From Patescibacteria group bacterium (GTDB lineage Bacteria > Patescibacteriota > Patescibacteriia > 2-01-FULL-39-33): a stretch of 32,000 nucleotides of DNA. The notes below the pieces were generated by a model, which ran no database searches, was not told the origin of the DNA, and saw only the letters and a program-made list of their open reading frames with translations. The translations under genes and the position numbers were made by a program. This document shows positions 9,781-17,482 of this stretch, piece after piece. Within the stretch, counting starts at the first letter, position 1, and each line of letters begins with the position of its first letter. Where the stretch lies: the NCBI GenBank assembly GCA_041649575.1, contig JBAZMW010000002.1, positions 60,001-92,000 of the forward strand, written 5' to 3'.

Positions 9781-10845
9781 ATGAAGATTTGTTATTTTGG
9801 TATTTATGATCCTCTTTATTGCCGCAACCAGAATCTGCTTTCCGGGCTAAGGCAAAATGGCGTGGAGATTATCGAGGTTAATGATAATACTCCTTCGCTT
9901 ATAAAATACTGGCGATTAATTAAAAAGCATTGGGCAGTGAGAAATCAATATGACTTGCTGCTGGTTGGTTTCTGCGGCCAGATTGTAATGCCATTGGCCA
10001 AATTATTGTCTCGTAGAAAAATAGTTTTTGATGCCTATATCTCTCTCCATGATGCCAAAATTTTTCAGCAATCACCCCGGCCTAATTTTTTTAAAGCAGG
10101 CTATTATTATTTTTTGGATTGGCTTTCTTGCCGTTTGGCCGATGTGATTTTACTGGACACCAAGGAGCATGTCGAGTATTTTGCCAAAACCTTTCAGCTT
10201 AAGCCGCAAAAGTTTTTAGTGGTTTATGGCGGAGTTGATGATCGGATTTTCTCGCCCTGTTTGTCTCCGGCCGAAAAGAAAAAATTTATCGTTGAGTTTC
10301 ATGCTTATGCCACTTTGCTTCACGGTTTGAAATACATCTTATTGGCGATGAAAGAACTGCAAGACAAGGGGGAAAGTGTAGAATTGTGGTGCGTCGGCGC
10401 TGGGCTCGAATACGACAGGCAGAAGCAATTTGCTCAAATAGAATTAAAACTGGATAATGTCAAATTTATGTCGCCACTTCCACCAGAACGTCTACGGCAG
10501 GAGGTAATCTGTGGCGCTGATGCCGGCCTGGGTATTTTTGGCGAGACCGACAAAGTTGATCGGGTCATTCCCAACAAGCTTTATGAACTAATGGCTTGCA
10601 AGATTCCGGTAGTTAGCGCCGATACGCCGGCGGTGCGCGAGCAATTTGCCGATCATAAACACCTGTTGCTTTGCCCTAAGGCCGATCCCAGAGTTTTGGC
10701 TCAAGCCATTTTGGAGCTGAAAAACAACTCTCAACTGCGAAAGAGTCTGGCCGAAAACGCTTATCAAAAAATAAAAACAGATTTAAATCCCAAAGTCATA
10801 GCCCAGAAATTATTGGCTGATTTGGCTAAACTGAAAACAATATGA
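9781..10845 (+). CDS. Glycosyltransferase, GT-B fold (GT1/GT4-like)
   Basis: Two-domain GT-B length. The C-terminal half contains VIPNKLYELMACKIPVVSADTPAVREQF, resembling the GT4 nucleotide-sugar binding region. Confidence 0.7.
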   Translation: MKICYFGIYDPLYCRNQNLLSGLRQNGVEIIEVNDNTPSLIKYWRLIKKHWAVRNQYDLLLVGFCGQIVMPLAKLLSRRKIVFDAYISLHDAKIFQQSPRPNFFKAGYYYFLDWLSCRLADVILLDTKEHVEYFAKTFQLKPQKFLVVYGGVDDRIFSPCLSPAEKKKFIVEFHAYATLLHGLKYILLAMKELQDKGESVELWCVGAGLEYDRQKQFAQIELKLDNVKFMSPLPPERLRQEVICGADAGLGIFGETDKVDRVIPNKLYELMACKIPVVSADTPAVREQFADHKHLLLCPKADPRVLAQAILELKNNSQLRKSLAENAYQKIKTDLNPKVIAQKLLADLAKLKTI

Positions 10846-11603
10846 AACTCATCGCTTTAATGCGCGTCAAAAATGAAATCGACCTGATTCGCGAGTCGCT
10901 CTCGCGTCTTTCCGAGCTGGCCGACGAGATTATTATTGTCGACAATGGCTCGACCGATGGCACGGAAAGGGTTTATGGCGAATTTCCCAAGGTGATAAAG
11001 ATTTTAGAAACGGTTGGTTTTAACGAGGGTCGTGACAAAATCATGTTGCTCAGTGAAGCCAAAACTAGACATCCCGACTGGTTGATTTTTTTAGACGCTG
11101 ATGAGATTTTTGAAAAGAATTTTACCAGAAGCGATCTGGAAAAATACATGAGTTTAAAATACGATCGGATTAATTTCCGTTTGTGTCATTTTTGGCTAGG
11201 TCGTCGGCAGTGTCGCTGGGGCAAAAAATATTTCCTGTATTCGCTCCAGCCCCTGCGATGCATGTGGCGCAATCAGCCGTCGGTTTATTTTGCCGATAAG
11301 AGAATTCACAATGGTGATATCCAGGGCGATTTTAAAAAAGTTTATTTTTCACCTTACCGGCTCAAACACTTCGGCTTAATTAATCGCGAAAGGATTCTGC
11401 AAAAAGTAAATTTGTATCAGTCGATAGACGATAGTCGCAATTACGACCACCTCAATCCCGACAGAAACGTTTTTACTTTGCCTTTCATTGAGTTTAGCAA
11501 TAAATTTGTCAATTATCTTTTTATCCTCAAGTTGAAATATCTGGAGCATTTCCTGTGGCTCCTGGCCGTTGTTTATTTAAAAATATTTAAACCGCAAAAA
11601 TGA
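10842..11603 (+). CDS. Glycosyltransferase family 2
   Basis: ALMRVKNEIDLI, IIVDNGSTDGT and FLDADE (DxD). 4-nt ATGA overlaps with both neighbouring genes. Confidence 0.8.
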   Translation: MKLIALMRVKNEIDLIRESLSRLSELADEIIIVDNGSTDGTERVYGEFPKVIKILETVGFNEGRDKIMLLSEAKTRHPDWLIFLDADEIFEKNFTRSDLEKYMSLKYDRINFRLCHFWLGRRQCRWGKKYFLYSLQPLRCMWRNQPSVYFADKRIHNGDIQGDFKKVYFSPYRLKHFGLINRERILQKVNLYQSIDDSRNYDHLNPDRNVFTLPFIEFSNKFVNYLFILKLKYLEHFLWLLAVVYLKIFKPQK

Positions 11604-12913
11604 AAATTGCTTTTCTTCATCCGATTTACAAACCCTACACTCGCGGTGGCGCTGAAACCGTGGCGCAAAATATTGTCGAAGGATTAAAGAGGCGCGGTGA
11701 AGATATTTTTGTAATTTCCCTCGGTTATGAGGACAAGGTTGATTATGTCATCCCGACCCCGCCTTTGACGGGGGATGGATCACAAGTCAGCCAAAATAAG
11801 GACGGGATTGCCACGTCACCTTCAGTTCCTCGCAATGACAAAATAAAAGTCTATCGTCTCAAGTCTTTTAATTTGTTTAATTTTTTAGACATCAACAAGA
11901 AGCCCTCTTGGCTACGCCTACCTTGGCATCTGATAGATATGTTTAATTTTATTCAGAGCCGGAAAATCGAAAAAATTCTGCTTCAGGAAAAACCAGATTT
12001 GGTGTTTATGCAAGGCCTCAAGGGTTTGAGTTATTTGTTGCCCAGGAAAATCAAGCAGATGAAGATTAAGCATCTTTACCGTGTTTTTGATATGCAGCTG
12101 ATTCATCCGACCGGCCTGCTGTTTGACCGGGAAAATATAATCAGCGGTTCCTTGGCAAAGATTTACAAATGGTTTTGCCGATGGCTGTTTGATTCGCCCC
12201 AGTTGGTGATTTTTCCTTCGCATTATGTTAAGTCGATTTACGAAAGCAATGGCTTTTTCAAAAATTCGGCGAAAGAGGTCTGGTCTAATCCCGTTGTCAT
12301 TCCCAGCCTCAAGGGGGCGTCCGCCTTGGCTCAGCGAGACAGGTGGGAGTCTCACGGCAGAAAAAATACAGACGGCAAGCTCAACCTTTTGTTTCTCGGC
12401 CAAATAGAAGAATACAAGGGCATTTTTAAGCTAATGGAGGCCCTGGGGGGGCTAGATGGCGATTGGACACTGAATGTCGTGGGTGATGGCAAAGCCTTGT
12501 CAGAGGCCCAAAAAATGGCATTAGAGGCCTTTCCAGAAGGGCCTAAGGGGTTCAAAATTAGGTTTTGGGGTCGCCTTACCCAAAAGGAGCTGGAAGAGCA
12601 AATTTGGCCGATTACCGATCTCCTGGTCAATCCTAGCCAGGTACCGGAGACTTTTGGCCTGGTGGTGGCCGAAGCCCAGGCTCATTGCGTGCCGGTTTTG
12701 GTTTCCGGACGTGGCGCTTTGCCGGAATTGGTGCGGGAGGACGAGACTGGCTGGGTGGTAAAAAACAACGATTGGAGAGAAAAGATAGAATGGTGTTTGG
12801 CCAACCAAGAACGACTAGAAACGATGAGGGAAAAATGCCTAATTGAGGCTCAAAAATACAACCTGGAAAATTATTTGAATAAGCTTATGAAGTTTGGTAA
12901 GATGGGGGAGTAA
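11600..12913 (+). CDS. Glycosyltransferase family 4 carrying an in-frame repeat-derived insertion
   Basis: N-terminal MKIAFLHPIYKPYTRGGAETVAQN. C-terminal ETFGLVVAEAQAHCVPVLVSGRGALPELVREDETGWVV (E-x7-E GT4 motif). The ~32-codon segment VIPTPPLTGDGSQVSQNKDGIATSPSVPRNDK is encoded by palindromic repeat-like DNA. Confidence 0.85.
   Translation: MKIAFLHPIYKPYTRGGAETVAQNIVEGLKRRGEDIFVISLGYEDKVDYVIPTPPLTGDGSQVSQNKDGIATSPSVPRNDKIKVYRLKSFNLFNFLDINKKPSWLRLPWHLIDMFNFIQSRKIEKILLQEKPDLVFMQGLKGLSYLLPRKIKQMKIKHLYRVFDMQLIHPTGLLFDRENIISGSLAKIYKWFCRWLFDSPQLVIFPSHYVKSIYESNGFFKNSAKEVWSNPVVIPSLKGASALAQRDRWESHGRKNTDGKLNLLFLGQIEEYKGIFKLMEALGGLDGDWTLNVVGDGKALSEAQKMALEAFPEGPKGFKIRFWGRLTQKELEEQIWPITDLLVNPSQVPETFGLVVAEAQAHCVPVLVSGRGALPELVREDETGWVVKNNDWREKIEWCLANQERLETMREKCLIEAQKYNLENYLNKLMKFGKMGE
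11746..11848. repeat. Miniature inverted-repeat element-like insert inside the GT4 CDS, related to the ends of the GIY-YIG cassette
   Basis: It begins tgtcatcccgacc and ends cctcgcaatgacaaaataaaa; the termini tgtcat/atgaca are reverse complements. 11829-11848 is identical over 20 nt to 31911-31930. Confidence 0.6.
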
Positions 12914-13010
12914 TTTACTTTTTCATATCTCAAGAAAAGAAAAAGCTAACAAAAAGAAAAGTCGCGAGCTATTTGAAAATTCAGACAAAATTCATCATAA
13001 TTGTCGCTAA

Positions 13011-13072
13011 GGTCATTAACTCGCCCGCCATGGGCGGGCTCGAACAGAATGACCTTTCCGCCAAAGGCGGAA
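13011..13072. repeat. Nested GC-rich palindromes in the intergenic region upstream of the DUF4145 gene
   Basis: ggtcatt-aactc-gcccgcc-atg-ggcgggc-tcgaacag-aatgacc (outer and inner stems), followed by ttccgcc-aaa-ggcggaa. Confidence 0.5.
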
Positions 13073-13143
13073 CGCTCCAATTATTAGATTTTGTAGCTGA
13101 ATTTTCAAGTGCTCGCCAGGATAGAGTTTTTAATAATATATAT

Positions 13144-13848
13144 ATGACTAGAAATTTTACCTGCCCATATTGTAATAGGCCTACAACCATTACGGATCCC
13201 AATTATTTCGAACATTTTGTTGTAATTAAAATCAAAGAATCTAATATGGGAGACGTCGGGCTAAAGATTATTGCCATAACTTGTCCTAATATTGACTGTA
13301 ACAAGCTTTTTCTAAAAGTTGATTTAAGTGAAGCTGTACATGAATATGCGGATGTGTATGGTGTGGGAGAAATTTTAGAAAATTGGCGGTTATTGCCAGA
13401 ATCAGAAGCGAGGACATTGCCTGACTATATCCCAGAGGCCATACGTAAAGATTATTATGAGGCGTGCCGCATTCGTGATTTAAGCTCAAAGGCATCAGCT
13501 ACGCTTGCCCGCCGTTGTCTACAGGGAATGATTCGTAATTATTGGGCGATAAAAAGAGAAAGACTTCAAGACGAAATTAACGACCTAGAAGATAAAGTTG
13601 ACCTGGACACATGGACCAGTATTAATGCCGTACGCAGTGTTGGAAATATTGGCGCTCATATGGAAAGAGACATTAATATTATAGTTGATGTTGAGCCTGG
13701 AGAAGCACAATTGTTAATAGGATTAATTGAACAGTTAATAGATGACTGGTATGTGGTACGCGAAAATAGACGCAAACGTACTGAAGAATTAAAAAATCTT
13801 GTTTTTAGCAAAGAAAAACAAAAGAACGTCAGCACCGAAAACGATTAG
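13144..13848 (+). CDS. Zinc-ribbon + DUF4145 domain protein
   Basis: N-terminus CPYCNRPT...CPNIDCNK (Cys4 ribbon). The C-terminal region LPDYIPEAIRKDYYEACRI...ATLARRCLQGMI...AVRSVGNIGAHME matches my recollection of DUF4145. ATG at 13144 is preferred because the track's TTG 12973 start would translate through the palindromic intergenic DNA. Confidence 0.65.
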   Translation: MTRNFTCPYCNRPTTITDPNYFEHFVVIKIKESNMGDVGLKIIAITCPNIDCNKLFLKVDLSEAVHEYADVYGVGEILENWRLLPESEARTLPDYIPEAIRKDYYEACRIRDLSSKASATLARRCLQGMIRNYWAIKRERLQDEINDLEDKVDLDTWTSINAVRSVGNIGAHMERDINIIVDVEPGEAQLLIGLIEQLIDDWYVVRENRRKRTEELKNLVFSKEKQKNVSTEND

Positions 13849-13858
13849 AAACAAAAAT

Positions 13859-14902
13859 ATGGAATATTTTTTAATTATTTTAGTTCTCATCCTGCTGGCC
13901 GTTATCATTGCCATGTTTTTTGTATTTAGTAAAAAATTTACCGAGCTCGGCCAAAGCAAAAAAGACGACCAGTCATTCTTAATGTTGCAAGAAAGGATAA
14001 AAGAACTGAATCAAACGGTTGACTTTAAATTGTCCGAGTCTAACAAAAATATTCAAAGCCAATTTAATCAAAGCGTTGGCATTGTACGAAATATTACAGA
14101 GAGAATTGTCCAACTGCAGGAGACTAACAAACAAGTAATGGGGTTTTCCGAGCAACTCAAAAATTTGGAAAAGGTTTTGACCAGTCAAAAACAGCGTGGC
14201 AACCTTGGTGAGGCCGGTTTGCAGCTGGTTTTAGAAAATATTCTTCCGCCTAATGCTTTCAAACTACAATATAGGTTTGATGACGGCGACACGGTTGATG
14301 CCGCGATTTTTACCAAAGACGGCATTATTCCCGTTGACGCCAAATTTTCTCTGGAAAATTACAACCGCATTGTCGGCGAGGTCAACGAAGAACGGCGAAT
14401 GGCGTATGAAAAAGAATTTAAAAACGATCTCAAAAAGCGGATTGATGAAACCGCCAAATACATCAAGCCAAGCAAGGGCACCATGGACTTCGCTTTCATG
14501 TTTATTCCGGCCGAAGCGATTTATTATGACTTGTTGGTTAATGAAGTGGGCGCGGTCAAAGTAGATACCGGCGGCTTGATCGATTATGCTTTCAAACAGA
14601 AAAAAGTGATCATTGTTTCACCCACCACCTTTGCCGCTTATCTGCAGACGGTTTTACAGGGGCTGCGCGCTCTAAAAATTGAGGAGCAGACCAAGGAAAT
14701 TATCAAACGGGTGGAGATGCTTCAGCGTCACTTGGTTAGTTATGACGACAGTTTTAAAAAATTGGGAAATAATTTGGCCACTACTGTTAATGCTTATAAC
14801 ACAGCAGACAAGGAGTTAAAGAAAATAGATAAGGATGTTATAAAAATTACCGGCGCGGAAAGCGAGATTGAAAATTTACAGATTGAAAAACCGAAAGTTT
14901 AA
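13859..14902 (+). CDS. rmuC: DNA recombination protein RmuC
   Basis: N-terminal TM helix MEYFLIILVLILLAVIIAMFF and a coiled-coil region. The C-terminal nuclease-like region has QRGNLGEAGLQLVLENILP, IPVDAKFSLENY, FAFMFIPAEAIYYDL and VIIVSPTTFAAYLQ. ATG at 13859 is preferred to the track start. Confidence 0.85.
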   Translation: MEYFLIILVLILLAVIIAMFFVFSKKFTELGQSKKDDQSFLMLQERIKELNQTVDFKLSESNKNIQSQFNQSVGIVRNITERIVQLQETNKQVMGFSEQLKNLEKVLTSQKQRGNLGEAGLQLVLENILPPNAFKLQYRFDDGDTVDAAIFTKDGIIPVDAKFSLENYNRIVGEVNEERRMAYEKEFKNDLKKRIDETAKYIKPSKGTMDFAFMFIPAEAIYYDLLVNEVGAVKVDTGGLIDYAFKQKKVIIVSPTTFAAYLQTVLQGLRALKIEEQTKEIIKRVEMLQRHLVSYDDSFKKLGNNLATTVNAYNTADKELKKIDKDVIKITGAESEIENLQIEKPKV

Positions 14903-14940
14903 ATATTTTGGATGAACATTCAGCGAGGGAGGGTTGGGCC

Positions 14941-15102
14941 ATGTTTGATTTTGGAATGCTGGCGGCAGTGAAGAAGCACTTGTTTTCTCTGTTGGCTAAT
15001 ATGCCTACGCGGCAATGTTTAGCTTGTCACGGGGTGTTCGCGCAACAGAAGGATGGCAAGTGCCCGCTTTGTGGATCAAACGAGGTAATCCCGTCGTGGT
15101 AG
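14941..15102 (+). CDS. Small zinc-ribbon protein (hypothetical), GC-rich islet
   Basis: CLACHG...(x12)...CPLCGS. The ATG is preceded by gagggaggg (SD) 7 nt upstream. Composition differs from flanking genes. Confidence 0.5.
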   Translation: MFDFGMLAAVKKHLFSLLANMPTRQCLACHGVFAQQKDGKCPLCGSNEVIPSW

Positions 15103-15143
15103 CTCATTGGCGCACTTGAAGATCAGCAAAGGAGGTTATAGGC

Positions 15144-15416
15144 ATGGATGAAGGAAACCGTGAGAAGGTTGATCGTTATTTCGGAACCGGTGATCGTAGT
15201 GTGGAGTGCCTGAACTGCAAGACCGTTTTCACTCTACACAGCAACCAGCCGGCCGGAAGTTGGTGCCCGGCATGCGAACCGCAGCGATCGGCGGCCGCGC
15301 GAGCCAGGGTAGAAGCTCTCTACAGGAAGATGGAGTTAGACGCACTGAGAAATCGGCAACGCTGCTCTGACTTGTGGGATATCGCTTGGACCAATCGCCA
15401 AATAGCTGCGATTTAG
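15144..15416 (+). CDS. Small zinc-ribbon protein (hypothetical), GC-rich islet
   Basis: CLNCKT...(x15)...CPACEP. Strong SD aaaggagg 8 nt upstream of the ATG. Followed by a GC-rich hairpin. Confidence 0.6.
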   Translation: MDEGNREKVDRYFGTGDRSVECLNCKTVFTLHSNQPAGSWCPACEPQRSAAARARVEALYRKMELDALRNRQRCSDLWDIAWTNRQIAAI

Positions 15417-15443
15417 CCTGGAGTATCGGCTCCGGCACGAACT

Positions 15444-15468
15444 CAGGGAAAGCCGCGCGCTTTCCCTG
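15444..15468 (+). terminator. GC-rich hairpin after the 90-aa zinc-ribbon gene
   Basis: cagggaaagc-cgcgc-gctttccctg (10-bp perfect stem), followed by only a weak T tract (ttcatct). Confidence 0.5.
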
Positions 15469-15497
15469 TTCATCTAAGATATTTAAGTAAACAATTT

Positions 15498-15650
15498 ATG
15501 CCTGACAAAAAGCCCGGCGTCGGTTTCGGCGTCATGATTTTGAGAAACGGTCAGGTGCTTTTAGGTAAAAGGCACGATGACCCGGAGAAGGCCTCTAGTT
15601 TGCTGCACGGCGAAGGCAGCTGGGCTATGTCTGGCGGTAATAAGAAATAA
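15498..15650 (+). pseudogene. Truncated Nudix hydrolase remnant (N-terminal 50 codons only)
   Basis: MPDKKPGVGFGVMILRNGQVLLGKRHDDPEKASSLLHGEGSWAMSGGNKK*. It matches the N-terminal beta-strands of MutT/Nudix proteins up to the first GG of the Nudix box, then stops. The Gx5Ex7REUxEExGU box is missing. Too short to appear in the ORF track. Confidence 0.6.
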
Positions 15651-15673
15651 AATACCATTTTAATTGCTAAAGT

Positions 15674-16411
15674 ATGCCTAAAATCGGAATCATCGGCGGC
15701 TCGGGGCTGGATGACCCGCAGATACTGAGTGAGCCGCAAGAGAAAGAAGTAAAAAATAAATACGGCCAGTTGGCCTCACCTCTAACTGTCGGCAAAATTG
15801 CCGGAGTCGAGGTAGTGATTTTGGCGCGTCATGGCAAGAACCACGGCGTGCCCCCGACTCTTATTAATTTTTTGGCCAACATTTTGGCCTTAAAAGAGGA
15901 GGGTTGCACACACATTTTGGCGACCACGGCCGTCGGTTCGCTCCGAGAAGAAATCAAGCCGGGCAACCTGGTTTTTCCGGATCAGTTCATTGATTTTACG
16001 CGTCATAGAAATTTGACTTTTTTTACCGATAGTGTGGTGCATACTTCCATGGCCGATCCGTACGACCAAAATTTGCGCGACTTGCTCTGTCGGACTTGCG
16101 ACGAGCTGGGCTATGCTTATAATCGCGATAAGACAGTTATTACTATTGAGGGGCCTAGGTTTTCTACCAAGGCCGAGAGCCACATGTTTCGAGGTTGGGG
16201 CGCCGATATTATCAACATGTCTACTTGTCCAGAAGTAATTTTGGCTAATGAGTTGAAGATTCCGTATCAGACTATAGCCATGTCTACCGATTATGACACT
16301 TGGCGCGAAGGCGATGACCACGTCACCTGGGAAATGATTTTGAAAATCATGAACGAAAATGCAGAGAAAGTGAAGCAGCTGCTTATTAATGTGATTCCAA
16401 AGATAAAATGA
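15674..16411 (+). CDS. mtnP: S-methyl-5'-thioadenosine phosphorylase (PNP family 2)
   Basis: MPKIGIIGGSGL, ARHGKNH, ILATTAVGSL, GPRFSTKAES and INMSTCPEVILANEL are typical of MTAP. Confidence 0.85.
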   Translation: MPKIGIIGGSGLDDPQILSEPQEKEVKNKYGQLASPLTVGKIAGVEVVILARHGKNHGVPPTLINFLANILALKEEGCTHILATTAVGSLREEIKPGNLVFPDQFIDFTRHRNLTFFTDSVVHTSMADPYDQNLRDLLCRTCDELGYAYNRDKTVITIEGPRFSTKAESHMFRGWGADIINMSTCPEVILANELKIPYQTIAMSTDYDTWREGDDHVTWEMILKIMNENAEKVKQLLINVIPKIK

Positions 16412-16860
16412 ACGAACAATTCAAAAATGCTTTAAAAATGGTTGCCAAAACTCTGAATGAATCAGGTGTTGACTGGGTCATCTGTGGTAGCACTAATTTT
16501 TATTTGCAGGGCATGGATGTGAGTCCCAGAGATATAGATGTTTGTATTAAACATGGCGACTTTTCTAGAGTGCTAGAGCTGTTTTCTGATTTCGAGTTTA
16601 GCGAAGCAACGGATCTTTCCAATGGAGAAGGTCAGGAGCGGAGATTTTATATAAATGATGTTGAAGTTCAGATTTGCGCTGATTATGATTTTGGTTTTTA
16701 CTACCGGCAAATGAGCGACCCACAAAATATTGTTAAATTGGATTTCGAGGGCGTCGAAATTCCCGGGTTAAAATTAGAGTCAGAATTGCTGTGCTATAAA
16801 CATTTGGGAAGAGCAGATAAGGCTGATAAGATAGTGGAGTTTATTAAGAATAAATTATAA
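16408..16860 (+). CDS. Minimal nucleotidyltransferase-fold protein (Pol-beta superfamily), function unknown
   Basis: ICGSTNFYLQGMDVSPRDIDVCI gives the GS...DxD pattern of minimal NTases. ATGA overlap with mtnP. Confidence 0.5.
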   Translation: MNEQFKNALKMVAKTLNESGVDWVICGSTNFYLQGMDVSPRDIDVCIKHGDFSRVLELFSDFEFSEATDLSNGEGQERRFYINDVEVQICADYDFGFYYRQMSDPQNIVKLDFEGVEIPGLKLESELLCYKHLGRADKADKIVEFIKNKL

Positions 16861-16878
16861 AACTGAAAATAAAAATTT

Positions 16879-17406
16879 ATGCCCATCAAATCTCGTATCC
16901 GCACAGTGCCAGACTGGCCCAAAAAAGGCGTTATGTTTCGCGATATCACCACTTTAATCAAAGATCCGGTGGGTCTGAAATTATGTATTGACGATTTTGT
17001 CGCTCGTTACCAGGGTAAAGAGGTTGATGCGATTGTCGGCATCGACAGCCGCGGGTTTATTTTGGGCGGCGCCTTGGCTTATCTTTTGGGTAAGGGGTTT
17101 GTGCCAGTTAGAAAAAAAGGTAAGTTGCCGGCCGAAGTTGAGAGCGAGGAATACGCGCTGGAGTATGGCACCGATACAATTGAGATCCACAAAGATGCGA
17201 TTGAGGCGGGACAAAAAGTGGTGATTATTGATGATTTATGTGCTACCGGTGGCACTGCTTTGGCCGCCTCCAAACTGGTAAAAAAACTCGGCGGTGAAAT
17301 CGTGGAAATGGCTTTTGTGGTTGATTTGCCGGATTTGGGCGGCAGTAAAAAGTTGCGCCAGGCCGGCCTGGCGGTCTATACTCAGACAAATTTCGAGGGA
17401 GAATAA
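16879..17406 (+). CDS. apt: Adenine phosphoribosyltransferase
   Basis: FRDITTL, IVGIDSRGFILGGALAYLLGKGFVPVRKKGKLP and VVIIDDLCATGGTALA (PRPP-binding loop). Confidence 0.92.
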   Translation: MPIKSRIRTVPDWPKKGVMFRDITTLIKDPVGLKLCIDDFVARYQGKEVDAIVGIDSRGFILGGALAYLLGKGFVPVRKKGKLPAEVESEEYALEYGTDTIEIHKDAIEAGQKVVIIDDLCATGGTALAASKLVKKLGGEIVEMAFVVDLPDLGGSKKLRQAGLAVYTQTNFEGE

Positions 17407-17412
17407 AAAGAA

Positions 17413-17442
17413 CAGGCCGTCTCTCTCTCGAGAGACCGCCTG
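17413..17442 (-). terminator. Rho-independent terminator of the minus-strand 131-aa gene (also at the apt 3' end)
   Basis: caggccgtctctc-tctc-gagagaccgcctg (12 bp, one mismatch). On the minus strand it is followed by ttctttttatt. Confidence 0.65.
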
Positions 17443-17482
17443 GTGGTAAGGTGCGCGTTGTCTGCGGCTACCGTTGCTCCGG

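Noticed and set aside
11918-12403. 161-aa minus-strand ORF (and the similar antisense ORFs 12352-12630 and 12521-12808)
   Set aside because: They lie entirely within the GT4 CDS on the opposite strand. The GT4 frame carries the diagnostic E-x7-E motif and these ORFs carry none.
13011-13080. Possible tRNA or tRNA fragment (gggctcgaac / ttcgagcc-like T-loop resemblance on the minus strand)
   Set aside because: No cloverleaf could be built on either strand: no acceptor stem pairing, no anticodon arm, and the T-stem halves do not pair.
12973-13143. TTG-initiated N-terminal extension of the DUF4145 ORF (track start 12973)
   Set aside because: The extension would translate through the nested palindromes at 13011-13072 and has no coding-like features. 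The first ATG (13144) directly precedes the zinc-ribbon motif.
15890-16321. 143-aa minus-strand ORF
   Set aside because: It is antisense to the well-supported MTAP gene.
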